Shown here: piece after piece, positions 41,617 through 52,811 of the stretch
Position numbering within the stretch: the stretch's first letter is position 1
Layout: each line of letters opens with the position of its first letter
NCBI GenBank assembly: GCA_051546255.1
Contig: CP128816.1
Coordinates: forward strand, 496,001 to 560,000
Origin: Meyerozyma guilliermondii
Taxonomy: Eukaryota
Reading direction: 5' to 3'
DNA length: 64,000 bases
Notes under the pieces: generated by a model
The model's input: only the letters and a program-made list of their open reading frames with translations
The model's database searches: none
Told to the model about the DNA's origin: nothing
Made by a program: the position numbers and the translations under genes

Positions 41617-42630
41617 ATGTCTCCCCCAGGCTTCGATCCCCTGTCTCTCCCATATTACGACCCGGAGATCGACAGAAGGGTAGCTTTCATAACCGGTGGA
41701 AACAGTGGCATCGGATGGTACACCGTTCTTGAGCTTTTCCTTCATGGATATGTGGTTTACATTGCTGGCCGAAGCAAGAACCGAGTGTTAAAATCGATCA
41801 AAGAAATCAGGGAACGAGCCGCCACGATTCGGGAATCGTACACGGACGAGGAGCGTGAGACTCGGTTCTTGGGCGAGGTTTTTTTCTTGGAAGCAGACTT
41901 GTTGAATCTCAAGTCGGTGACTGCTGCTGTGGATACGTTCAAATCGGTAGAAAATTACCTTAATATTCTTGTCAACAATGCCGGGGTGATGGCGCTTCCA
42001 TATGCCATGACCGAGGACGGGTTCGAGATCCAAATGCAAACTAATTATGTGGCTCCTTTCTTGCTCACCACAAGACTACTTTCTCACCTCGAAAACACAA
42101 CCCACCTATTTCCCCCATCTGATCCTCCGCGGATCGTCTACGTCAGTTCCATCGGCCACCAGTTTGCCTTCTACTACTTCAACATGAACCTGACGTTCAA
42201 CTACTTCCCCAACATAATTTTCACCTGGTTCCGATATGGCCTCGCCAAAACCGCCGGTATCCACTTTATGAAAATGCTAGCTTTGCGTAACCCGCTGGTC
42301 CTCTGTATGTCTGTCCACCCTGGGTTTGTCATGAACACCAACCTATTCTCATACTGGACTCGTCTTCCAATAATAGGCATCATGTTCTGGTGTTTTTTCC
42401 AAGTTTTTGGCTACTTTTTTGGCGTGTCGGTTCCTGATGGCGCCAATGCCACCGTCAAGTGCTGTCTTGATCCCAACCTTTCTCTCGAGAAGGACAATGG
42501 CAAGTACTATGCCGTGGATGGTGTGGAATCTACCCCGTCAAAGATCGCATCGAACATGGATTACGCTGCTCGAACGTGGATTTGGACCGTCCACAGCCTC
42601 AGTGAGAGAAACATATCCATCGATTGTTAG
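41617..42630 (+). CDS. ENV9: Short-chain dehydrogenase/reductase, Env9-like
   Basis: LPYYDP..RRVAFITGGNSGIGWYTVL, VNNAG, YxxxK (RYGLAK), HPGFVMNTNLFSYWTRLPIIG; ATG 41617. Confidence 0.85.
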   Translation: MSPPGFDPLSLPYYDPEIDRRVAFITGGNSGIGWYTVLELFLHGYVVYIAGRSKNRVLKSIKEIRERAATIRESYTDEERETRFLGEVFFLEADLLNLKSVTAAVDTFKSVENYLNILVNNAGVMALPYAMTEDGFEIQMQTNYVAPFLLTTRLLSHLENTTHLFPPSDPPRIVYVSSIGHQFAFYYFNMNLTFNYFPNIIFTWFRYGLAKTAGIHFMKMLALRNPLVLCMSVHPGFVMNTNLFSYWTRLPIIGIMFWCFFQVFGYFFGVSVPDGANATVKCCLDPNLSLEKDNGKYYAVDGVESTPSKIASNMDYAARTWIWTVHSLSERNISIDC

Positions 42631-42743
42631 CATACCCTTCTCCCGCAAACTACATTGTCTCTAGTTTAGCTTAATATTTAATGTCACTGAACTGTAGCCT
42701 CTAGACATTTCTAGCCTTAGCCATTCAGTCTGACTTCTATACA

Positions 42744-43997
42744 TTAGTCTGAGTCACTCCTATAGTCGCTGTCGTCGTTGTACTCCCGTTTTCTCCGCTC
42801 TTTGGCGACAAACTCTTGTATTTGTTCATCGGACAATTTGAGCTCGTGCTTGCAAAAGTACTCAAAAAAGTCGTCGAGATCGGGCTCGTCCAAGTCCGGT
42901 TCGTCCAGATCCGGTTCGTCTTCATTCAATTCCTGGTCACTGAGCTCCCCTGTCGTCTCGAGCATTTCCCGTAGATGTGTGGCAATCTCTTCATGTTCAA
43001 TTGGAGCCTCGTAGTTTTCGTCGTTGAACAATTCGAATTTTTCAGGCACAATTTCCTTTAGTCGACCTCTCAGCACCAACTCTTTCTGGTAAGATGATCT
43101 ACTTAGATCAATGCTACTTGCCCCTTGCTTTTCGTTTGGTTTCTGGTCGCCCACCACTCCCCGATCGACCAAAATCTGGTATCCATAAGTGAGCCACTGT
43201 GATACCATTTCGGATAGAGAACCAGTATTATGAAACTTCACCATTTCAATTGTAAGCGCCGGCAAGCCCACAGTATACGGCAGCTCTCCCGAATCGATAT
43301 CCATGGACTCAACCACACTTTTCGACTCCGAAGCTGCTAAAATGGCTCTACTTGCTAGCCATGGCTGGAGATGAAAATGACTAGCCAATTCTTTTGTCAA
43401 GCTTATATCTGGAATATCGTGAACTAGTTCGAGATAGTAGTTCGATATCAGACTCATTTGCTTTATAAAAGCGCCACTAAGCTGCTTTTCTTCACCGAAA
43501 AGACCAACCTTTATCATCTTGATAGACTCTTCCAACAGCAACCTGGCAGAGTCCTCTTGACTCAAATATAGCTTTCCATGGTGCAACCAGCACCTATTTC
43601 TCGAGTTCAGAGGCTCGAGCCATTCTGGCTTTGTTTCGTAGTGTTCTACTAGCACAAATTCTCCATCGGTGGAATCCCACAAATAAATATACGAATCTAC
43701 CGTTTGCAGAAATTCCCATAAAAGTCTCACTAAAAGCCATTCATCGTTAACATTTGCGTCGTAGACAAGATTCCCGTACAAGTACCGGTTAGAATTGTAC
43801 GAATGCAATGCAAAATTAGGTGGAGAATGGAACCACGGATACCTTGAAAAAGGCACCATATATTTTTGGAGTTGATCAAATACGGCTGAAATGTTATCAT
43901 CCACTATCCAGAACGCCATAGTGGCTTGCTCAAACACCCCGGGATCATCGTCCTCTAGCCAAATATGGGCGGAATCGAGACCCTTGGAATGGGTCAT
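42744..43997 (-). CDS. Ecdysoneless/hSGT1-family protein
   Basis: NVNDEWLLVRLLWEF, DSTDGEFVLVE..PEWLEP.NSRNRCWLHHGKL resembles the ECD N-terminal motifs; acidic C-terminus; ATG 43997. Confidence 0.7.
   Translation of the reverse strand: MTHSKGLDSAHIWLEDDDPGVFEQATMAFWIVDDNISAVFDQLQKYMVPFSRYPWFHSPPNFALHSYNSNRYLYGNLVYDANVNDEWLLVRLLWEFLQTVDSYIYLWDSTDGEFVLVEHYETKPEWLEPLNSRNRCWLHHGKLYLSQEDSARLLLEESIKMIKVGLFGEEKQLSGAFIKQMSLISNYYLELVHDIPDISLTKELASHFHLQPWLASRAILAASESKSVVESMDIDSGELPYTVGLPALTIEMVKFHNTGSLSEMVSQWLTYGYQILVDRGVVGDQKPNEKQGASSIDLSRSSYQKELVLRGRLKEIVPEKFELFNDENYEAPIEHEEIATHLREMLETTGELSDQELNEDEPDLDEPDLDEPDLDDFFEYFCKHELKLSDEQIQEFVAKERRKREYNDDSDYRSDSD
42873..42920 (-). repeat. Coding 15-bp tandem repeat x3 (DEPD[S/L])
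   Basis: GACGAACCGGATCTG / GACGAACCGGACTTG / GACGAGCCCGATCTC on the minus strand. Confidence 0.8.
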
Positions 43998-44158
43998 AAG
44001 ACATGCGAGAAGTGAGAAAGAAGTGAGAAGCGAAACGCGAAGAGTGAGATGAGATGAGAAGTGAGCGAGCAATGAGAAAGGAGAATTAGATTGAGAGAGA
44101 TGTGAGAAAGAAGAATTGAGAGAGAATTGATAAAACAAAGATACCTCAATTGATCTAC

Positions 44159-45469
<1,311 letters not shown>

Positions 45470-45515
45470 TTAGTGAGCAAAAGCGGTTTATTATTTTTGG
45501 CTGCGAAATTTATTA

Positions 45516-47183
45516 CTATCCAGAATACTTGGACTTTGCTCTAATGCGTGGTCCCAAAGTATAAAATGTTACGGGAATGGCTATCATGCCAACACAGATC
45601 AATGCCAAGATTGTACTTCCCCAAGCAACTGGAAACTTGTTGGTTTTAAGATTGTTGAAGAGCGGTGCTCCGAAGAGCGGAAAGCAACCAGCCATTACAG
45701 ATCTCAAAAGCGCACTTCCACCAAATGCAGAAGCGATATAGCGTGGGAACGACATTGCCATGTAGTTGAATAGGGCCTGGATCACAATAAATCCTCCTGC
45801 TCCGAACAAGGCAGCTCCAATTAAACAGCCAATCCAATGTTGGTTGGCGCTGGCACTCCAGCCAAAAATAAAGATTCCAATTGGCATCACCACACTTGCT
45901 ACGATTGTAGGTGGTAGGAACAATTCTGGGGTCAAGTTTTGGGTTTTTCCTTCAAGGTGTTTTTTGGTGTACACTTTGTACATGTATGCAATGTAAAACC
46001 AAGCTGAGATGAACATTCCAATGGGTACACTTGAGTAGGTGACACCCAACTCGACCAATGTGAACCCATAGGTGTCCAAAAACACTGTGGGAAATGCCTC
46101 GAACCACAAGAAAATGATGGAGTAGATCAAGGCTATGTACAAGTCTATCAGAAGAGCCACTGGTTCGAACACCATGATCTCAATTGGTCTCCACAAGGTG
46201 TCAATTGCAACTTCCCTTGGAGTCATACTTTGGTTCTCCAATTCTCCCTCACTGACGATATTTGGGTTTCCTGTGAGTGCTCTAAGTCTCTGAGCCTTTC
46301 GGCGCAAGATGGCCTTTGCCAGAGTTTCAGGTAAAGTGAACCCGAAAAAGAGAAACGAAGCTCCAGATATTATCATCATGAACCTGAGAGTCCAGAGCCA
46401 CAGACCATTCGCAGCGTTAATGATGGCTGAACCAACTAATGGTCCAAGGGTAGGACCACATATACCTGCCATACTCCAGGCAATAATTCCCATTGGCATA
46501 TAAGGCACCGTCACCACATCACTGGCACTAGCACCACCGGTTCCCAAGGCTGGAGAAGCAAAAATTCCAGCGATAAATCTAAGCACAGTAAGTGAAGCTA
46601 GGGAATGAGTTGCTGGTCCAAAACTCTGGGGAATCAGAAGAATGAAAAAGAAGAAGACCGTGACAATATAAATGGAGGTTCGACCAAGAGCAGCATTTTC
46701 TGACATAGGAGAAAAGATCATTGGTCCGATTCCATATCCTATGACGAACATTGCCAATGGTAACGTCGCTTTCACTCGGGTTATATCAAGATCCGCCATC
46801 ATGTACTCGATTCCTGGAGTGTAAATCGCCGAACCCATGTACACCGAGTCGGTCATAATGCCAATTCCCAGGATGAAAAGAATTTTTTTGTATATCGGCC
46901 AATTGTAAGGATTATCTGGGTCATTTGGTCCATCATAGTCTACTATAATTGGAGCATCTTCTGCTTTGGCTTCGGGCTTGCCTTCACAGATTTTGGCTCC
47001 AGTAACTTCATTGCCTAGAGTCAGCGAACTTTGAACCTCTTGATCCAAGAACTCCAAGCTCCGGCCATTGAGATACTTTTCAGGTATGACATAGTCTGGC
47101 TTTTCTTCCTTGTATCCCAAGATTTTGTGCCCAGATGCATGGTACAACAACCGACCGAAAAAACTGTCTCTGACGAACCTCAT
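45516..47183 (-). CDS. MDR1: MFS DHA1 drug:H+ antiporter, Mdr1/Flr1-like
   Basis: RFVRDSFFGR..YVIPEKYL, DYDGPNDPDNPYNWP, SAIYTPG, GPMIFSPMSEN..GR, SPALGTGGAS; about 12 TM segments. Exact orthology among paralogues unproven. Confidence 0.85.
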   Translation of the reverse strand: MRFVRDSFFGRLLYHASGHKILGYKEEKPDYVIPEKYLNGRSLEFLDQEVQSSLTLGNEVTGAKICEGKPEAKAEDAPIIVDYDGPNDPDNPYNWPIYKKILFILGIGIMTDSVYMGSAIYTPGIEYMMADLDITRVKATLPLAMFVIGYGIGPMIFSPMSENAALGRTSIYIVTVFFFFILLIPQSFGPATHSLASLTVLRFIAGIFASPALGTGGASASDVVTVPYMPMGIIAWSMAGICGPTLGPLVGSAIINAANGLWLWTLRFMMIISGASFLFFGFTLPETLAKAILRRKAQRLRALTGNPNIVSEGELENQSMTPREVAIDTLWRPIEIMVFEPVALLIDLYIALIYSIIFLWFEAFPTVFLDTYGFTLVELGVTYSSVPIGMFISAWFYIAYMYKVYTKKHLEGKTQNLTPELFLPPTIVASVVMPIGIFIFGWSASANQHWIGCLIGAALFGAGGFIVIQALFNYMAMSFPRYIASAFGGSALLRSVMAGCFPLFGAPLFNNLKTNKFPVAWGSTILALICVGMIAIPVTFYTLGPRIRAKSKYSG

Positions 47184-47282
47184 GATCCCAAAGGATACTT
47201 GGTCCTAGTTGGATGTTTAATGCTCTTTTAAGCTTATGTTGCTCGCTTAGAGACCCGTTTCTTGACTCGTTCACATTGTCAA

Positions 47283-47289
47283 TTAGTAA
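47283..47289. promoter_or_regulatory. Yap1/Cap1 site TTAGTAA upstream of the MDR1-like gene
   Basis: Consensus YRE 100 bp upstream of the ATG; Cap1/Yap1 regulation of MDR1/FLR1 is established. Confidence 0.55.
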
Positions 47290-47867
47290 TCCCAAGGCGA
47301 TTGAATTCATCCTACAATTTGCTCATAAGCTGGTGAAGCCAAGCATATACATGATGCAATCCCGATATCTCCTTCTGGACCAATCATTCCCGATACAGTA
47401 TTTTCGTGGTGCGAACGGCTGAACGAGCGGCGGCTGCAAAAAGAGAACGAAATCACCTTTTTGAGATTTGAGGAAATTTTTCACTTGAAAAAAAATTTTG
47501 AGTCTCGCCCAAAAAAAGCCTAAATCCTTGTCGAAACTGAGCATGAGTCTTAATTAATGTAGTGGTTCCGCAGTCTCCATTATAGTAGATGGCGTTACTG
47601 TTAATGCTTCTTACTGGAGGTCGATTTTTCACCGCTTTTATAATTTTGTGGTATGGTTAAGAACTGTACTGATTGATGAGGTAATTCTTTTGATAGCACT
47701 ATCTATCGAGCTTCATTGTAGCTAATCTGAACTAGTTGAGGACTTAGGACCTGTTACAAAACGATTATGCCTTCTTGTCTTTCAAGCTGGTATCTTTTAG
47801 CAGCTTTGTTTGAATGCAGGATTGCTCGCTCAAACCAATGAAAAACTAACCTGGAACACCTTATACC

Positions 47868-48494
47868 ATGTTGATGCTTACCCCTGTTCGTTTTCGGGTT
47901 TTCCTGCCTCGTATACCATTGTTGGGCCGTGCCCTGTTGCATTCCTCTCCATTATTGTCACAAAAGTTACCTCCTAATACTCCTGTCACTCCTCCTTCTG
48001 GGTCCAAGATTCTCGACAAAATTCCCCGATTTCTTCATCCTTGGACAAAACAGTTTGTAAACGCCCCCATTTCCCACGTCACGTCTTTCTTGATCCTTCA
48101 TGAAATCACCGCCATCGTGCCGCTCGTAGGAATATGGTATTTGTTTCACCATTACAATTGGATGATTCCAATGGATTTACCCCATTGGGCAATTCAGAAG
48201 GGAACCGCTGTAATTGACAAATCCATGGCTCGGTTCGACTTCGGCGACTACTCATTGCAAGAAAAAGCTCGGTTTATAATGGAAGGGGCATATTCGTACG
48301 TTCTTGTCAAAGCAATGTTTCCTGTGCGACTTTTCTTCAGCTTGACCATGATGCCGTTTTTCGCCAAATACGTTGTTATCCCATCTACTGGCATATTCAG
48401 ACGCTTGTTCAAGAAAAAGCCAACCGCTGCATCGAGTCCAGTGCCAGCCGAGCCTCAACTTAAACCTAAGAAAGTCAACAAACCTCGGTTGTAG
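47868..48494 (+). CDS. MRX11: Mitochondrial FLILHELTA-domain protein Mrx11
   Basis: Presequence-like N-terminus; SHVTSFLILHEITAIVPL; GAYSYVLVKAMFPVR. Confidence 0.85.
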   Translation: MLMLTPVRFRVFLPRIPLLGRALLHSSPLLSQKLPPNTPVTPPSGSKILDKIPRFLHPWTKQFVNAPISHVTSFLILHEITAIVPLVGIWYLFHHYNWMIPMDLPHWAIQKGTAVIDKSMARFDFGDYSLQEKARFIMEGAYSYVLVKAMFPVRLFFSLTMMPFFAKYVVIPSTGIFRRLFKKKPTAASSPVPAEPQLKPKKVNKPRL

Positions 48495-48574
48495 TACATA
48501 GTATACCGAATGAATAATGATCATGCAATCTATTTGTATCTCGATACTTAGTGTACATAGTGCTCGTAGCCTCG

Positions 48575-49810
48575 TTACTCAAGAGTCACCGCCAACTGCT
48601 CTTCCGTCATTGGCGTAAACCCGTCCAAAGTATGGGCACCACTCAGCAACCTCAACCGCCCATAAGCAAACTCTGGAATCAATTGCCTGTTCAACAGAGG
48701 ATTCACCGACAACTCTCTATCGTCAAAGTCGAACAACTCTGGCAAGTCTTTTATGTCGGGCTGACTCGAATACAATTGGTAGTTCGCATTGTTTTGATGA
48801 CTGTGCGAAGACACCGACGCCGAGCTATGATACTGCTGTGAAAACAACTTTCTATAATTCGGAAGTTTTGTTTGAGGGTTGCGGAGCTCATCAAAGTATG
48901 GATCCACCAATGCCTCGATACACGACACACGATCCACTGGTGAATACTGCAACACTTTGGTCAAGAATTGAATACAATCGTTGGACATTTTCTTAAATAT
49001 CTTCGATAATGGGATAGGTTTTATCTGGGGGAACTTGTGCTCCATGTAATTAGGGTTCATGTTGCGAATTTGTTCCTTAGATGGAGTTCCCAAAATCTTG
49101 ATAATCTCCACCAATTGGTCGATACCGGATTCTCCAGGGAACAACGGCTGTCCCAAAATTAGCTCGGCCATTACACAACCAGCAGACCACACGTCGATCT
49201 TGGTGGTGTAAATTGTAGCGCCAAAGATAAGCTCGGGAGCACGGTAGTACCGAGAGCAAATGTACGACACATTAGGTTCGCTAGGGTTCAAGATTTTTGC
49301 AGAACCAAAGTCACAAAGCTTGAGTTCACCAGTGTCAGCGTTGACAAGCAAATTTTGAGGCTTGATGTCTCTATGACAAATACCCTGCGAGTGGATAAAG
49401 CTGAGAGCTCTGAGCATTTGATAAGTGTAGAGCTTTACCTCCAAAGGAGGCATAGATAAACGCTTGGATACATAGTAATGCAGTGCACGATAGAGGGTTT
49501 CCGGCACAAATTCCAAGATCAAATTGAGGTACAACTCGTTTTTTTCATTGTGTTTGTAGAAGTAATACTTCATGTCAACAACGTTGCGATGATGAACCAA
49601 CTTCATAATCTGAAGCTCTCTATTTTTGAACCGCTTATCTTGCAATATCCGCTTAATAGCCGCAATTTCGTTGGTGGGCAAAATCTGCGTCTGGAACACC
49701 ACTCCAAAAGAGCCGTGTCCCACCATTTGAGATTGAGTATATTGAATATCTCTAATCTCGCCATTATGGCCGTCTGTTACCCGCTCGGTAATGACTTCTA
49801 TTTTGGACAT
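48575..49810 (-). CDS. RIM11: GSK3 kinase: short (Rim11-like) isoform, and exon 2 (from 49797) of the long isoform
   Basis: [62 protein letters not shown]. Confidence 0.95.
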   Translation of the reverse strand: MSKIEVITERVTDGHNGEIRDIQYTQSQMVGHGSFGVVFQTQILPTNEIAAIKRILQDKRFKNRELQIMKLVHHRNVVDMKYYFYKHNEKNELYLNLILEFVPETLYRALHYYVSKRLSMPPLEVKLYTYQMLRALSFIHSQGICHRDIKPQNLLVNADTGELKLCDFGSAKILNPSEPNVSYICSRYYRAPELIFGATIYTTKIDVWSAGCVMAELILGQPLFPGESGIDQLVEIIKILGTPSKEQIRNMNPNYMEHKFPQIKPIPLSKIFKKMSNDCIQFLTKVLQYSPVDRVSCIEALVDPYFDELRNPQTKLPNYRKLFSQQYHSSASVSSHSHQNNANYQLYSSQPDIKDLPELFDFDDRELSVNPLLNRQLIPEFAYGRLRLLSGAHTLDGFTPMTEEQLAVTLE

Positions 49811-50223
49811 GTTAGTACAACAATATAAGAATTTTTTGGTTCCTCAGCAACAAATCAAGCAGAGTTTGAAAAAAAGATATAAAAGGAATGAATGGATTGT
49901 ATGCCGACCAGAAACAACTTTAAGGCTTGAAAAAAGAAAATGACTGTTCAAAGAGTGGTGAGATTAAAAGATGCCTTCAAATTGTCTGGCTTTTAACAAT
50001 TGCAGGTCCTTCTTCCATCCACTGATTCCAAGATCAAATCACCACTGGCGCGAAATCGAACTTTATAAGTTGAACGCTGGTCACGCACAGGGTTATTGAT
50101 CGGGACACGAATGCCCCCGCACAAGCCATATGCAGGGGACTGGTCAATGCCTGGGGTAGTGGAGAAGGACCATCAAGTACCATTTGTCAAGGAACCAGAA
50201 AAATAAAAAAAAAAGTAACTTAC
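49798..50223 (-). other. Spliceosomal intron (426 nt) of the GSK3 gene
   Basis: Donor GTAAGT 50223-50218, perfect branch TACTAAC 49817-49811, acceptor TAG 49800-49798; phase-1 join keeps the frame (ATT G|AA GTC). Confidence 0.9.
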
Positions 50224-51214
50224 CAATTTGCTCGCTCATTCTTCTGCGAGGATCGAGCTTGAGTTTCAATAAATTAGTCTTCTTGCTTCGAGAAGAGGTC
50301 ATATTAGACTTTGTAGCATCGTAACTGGACGACACATGTAATTCGTTGTCATCATTAGAGCCTGGGGTTTCCTCACCTGAGCTCAAATTACCCATTAAAA
50401 TGTTGACAAACTTGCTAGCAATTGAATTGTGTCTCTTGTTACTAGACTGGGTACTTGAACGGCGCATCCGTGTGGAAATTACCAGGGACCGATTCGTGCC
50501 AGACGACTCCTTGGCCAGAAGCTGAGACTCTTCGAAAGTGGGCGGTTTGGACCCGAAAGGGTTTCTGAACGTAAGCTCGTCAGCCTCGTCGATTTTGGGC
50601 GCCATGACGTTGACGTTGATGTGGTTGTGGATGTGAACGTCTTTGGATCTAGCAGCATTGGAATTGCCATTTGAACTGGAAGCATGGGAAGCACCATCGT
50701 TTAGATGGGCATTTGCGCCGTTCAAGTTGGCTCCGTTTGAGTTAGCAGCATTACCGTTTGAGTTACCGTTCAAGTTCGGATTGGTGATGTGTCGTGGGTA
50801 TGCCTGCTGCTGCTTCGAACGAACCTGTTGTTCTTGGCGCAATTCCCGTCTTTCTTGCCTTTGTTGCTGGCGAAGATCCCGTTTTTCCTCGCGATTATGC
50901 TTGCGTTCTTCTTTCTTTTCTTCACGCAACGCCCGCTTCTCCTCTCTACGTTCGTGTTTTTGTTCCTGGCGCTGCTTTTTCTTGACGTGGCGATTTGCCT
51001 GGGCATAGATCGGCTTATCAGATATCAAATCCTTGATCATGGGGGTTGGCGCCTCGACATTATGGATATATTGTGGGTAATACTTGTAGACACAAAATTT
51101 GCGTTCGAGTTCTTCGTAGTTGAGATGGTCGATGAAGTCTCGATCCGACGGAACCTTGTCGCTTCCATTGAGAGACAACTTATTGAGGCCCTTTGTAAGC
51201 ATGGTAGCAGTCAT
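50224..51214 (-). CDS. Exon 1 of the long (Mrk1-like) GSK3 isoform; spliced product 737 aa
   Basis: 991-nt open frame ending exactly at the donor; the unspliced ORF tail degenerates into poly-T-encoded FFLFFW. Confidence 0.82.
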
Positions 51215-51743
51215 AATGTATCAAAAATGATTGTTTGGGAAGGTTCAATATGAGGTATTAGCAGGTTTTTGTACTTTTAGTTGTGGCGGATGCAAATGGG
51301 ATATGGTGGAAAAGCAAGCTTTATTGAAATTAACCAGCAACGTCAAAAAGTATAACCATGAACTCGTGTCACTCTTTTTAGGACCCTGGCATGTAAAATA
51401 GTAATCGGACAGCACGGTGCCTGCACTACCTGGGGTGTCGAGAAATGAGGGGAAAATCATCCCGCATCGACCCCTCATTTTATGTCGATTATAGGCAAGC
51501 GAACATTGGGGAACAATGGCGGATAAAAACTAGAGATTTCTGTACTGATTTGGGAAACGAGAACTGGTCAGAGACATGATTTGATGGCTGGACACGATGC
51601 TGATAGCGCATGTCAACCACGAGGCTTGTTGAGCTATCGGAGCGCAAGTTGGGCGATTACGTCATGGTCTGGGGAAATGCGCCGTGATGGGAATGTGCAG
51701 CGCGGGCTCGCAACCGGAACCGTTTTTCAGTTTAAACAGCCTA

Positions 51744-52688
51744 TTAGTTCCGGTTAAGCCATGCTAATAATTTTGCAGCCAGAAGACGTTTTGTCGGCTC
51801 GTACACCGCCACCGATTGAAATGCAGTTTTTATGATGGGATCATTGCATCGCGGAAGCAATTTTTCAATGGGTAGCGAGTCGTAACTTTCGAACCGAAAA
51901 GACTTGAAATGGTATCGATCGTTATTCATTACCGGCCAATATCGAGAATGTTTTGGGTCTAGGGACGGTGTGCCCAAGGCTTTAAACATAGAATTGATCA
52001 ATACAATATCGGAGTCTCCCAGTTTTATTGGCGGCAGACCATCGGCAGAATAGAGAGCAGTGAACAATATGCCTAAAGACCACATATCGACTTCGTAGCT
52101 GTAATTGGATACACCGAAGCAAACCTCTGGCGGCTTGTAACTTCCAGAACAAATATCGAGGTATTTTTCGTGTTCGGGTTCGTCCGAGTATCCTGTCTCG
52201 TACGAGATGCCAAAGTCACCAAGTATAGGTTCGCTTTCTGGAGAAGAAAAGTAGATGTTGGCTGGTTTCACATCTCGGTGGATGATCTTGTTGGCATGAA
52301 CATACTCAAGGGCTTTTGTAATACCCAAAATGATTGACTTTGCCAAATTCAATGGAAGTTCATTTTTGTGCACCGTTGAAGGACCGGTATTCAAATCGAA
52401 TTTTGTTTGCTTTCTGGCATAATGACTAATCAATTGGTTTAAGTCGAACTGGTACAACGGCGTGACAAGCACACGGTCTTCCCCAGAACGATACAGATCC
52501 AAATAAAGAAGAACATTTGGATGCGATAACTTTTTCACAAGTGCTATTTCGTGCTCAATGTCATGTGGTTTGAAACAAAGATCAATATCCACAATCTTAA
52601 GTGCCACAGCTTTGCCATTTGAATCTCTGGCTCTCAAAATGTCGCTGTGGGGACCACGATATATGGCTTCTTCGTGTACGTAACTCAT
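51744..52688 (-). CDS. CAK1: CDK-activating kinase Cak1
   Basis: Kinase lacking the Gly-rich loop; ALKIVD..KPHDIEHE, IIHRDVKPANI, DFGISY, SGSYKPPEVCFG, DMWSLG; ATG 52688. Confidence 0.8.
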   Translation of the reverse strand: MSYVHEEAIYRGPHSDILRARDSNGKAVALKIVDIDLCFKPHDIEHEIALVKKLSHPNVLLYLDLYRSGEDRVLVTPLYQFDLNQLISHYARKQTKFDLNTGPSTVHKNELPLNLAKSIILGITKALEYVHANKIIHRDVKPANIYFSSPESEPILGDFGISYETGYSDEPEHEKYLDICSGSYKPPEVCFGVSNYSYEVDMWSLGILFTALYSADGLPPIKLGDSDIVLINSMFKALGTPSLDPKHSRYWPVMNNDRYHFKSFRFESYDSLPIEKLLPRCNDPIIKTAFQSVAVYEPTKRLLAAKLLAWLNRN

Positions 52689-52811
52689 GGTGGATGGATA
52701 CTTTTGCGAGTACAAGATTGCGAGGACTGCATAATAGAGGGAGGGTACAATAGAGAACAAGAAACAGAAATAGTAGATGGAAAGGTAGTAGGATAGGTCG
52801 TATGTCATTTT

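Noticed and set aside
48480..48494. MRX11 C-terminal PRL as a PTS1
   Set aside because: Weak variant on a membrane protein with a mitochondrial presequence
50144..51214. Stand-alone 356-aa orphan protein with a hydrophobic tail
   Set aside because: The tail is intron poly-T after a GTAAGT donor; better explained as exon 1 of GSK3
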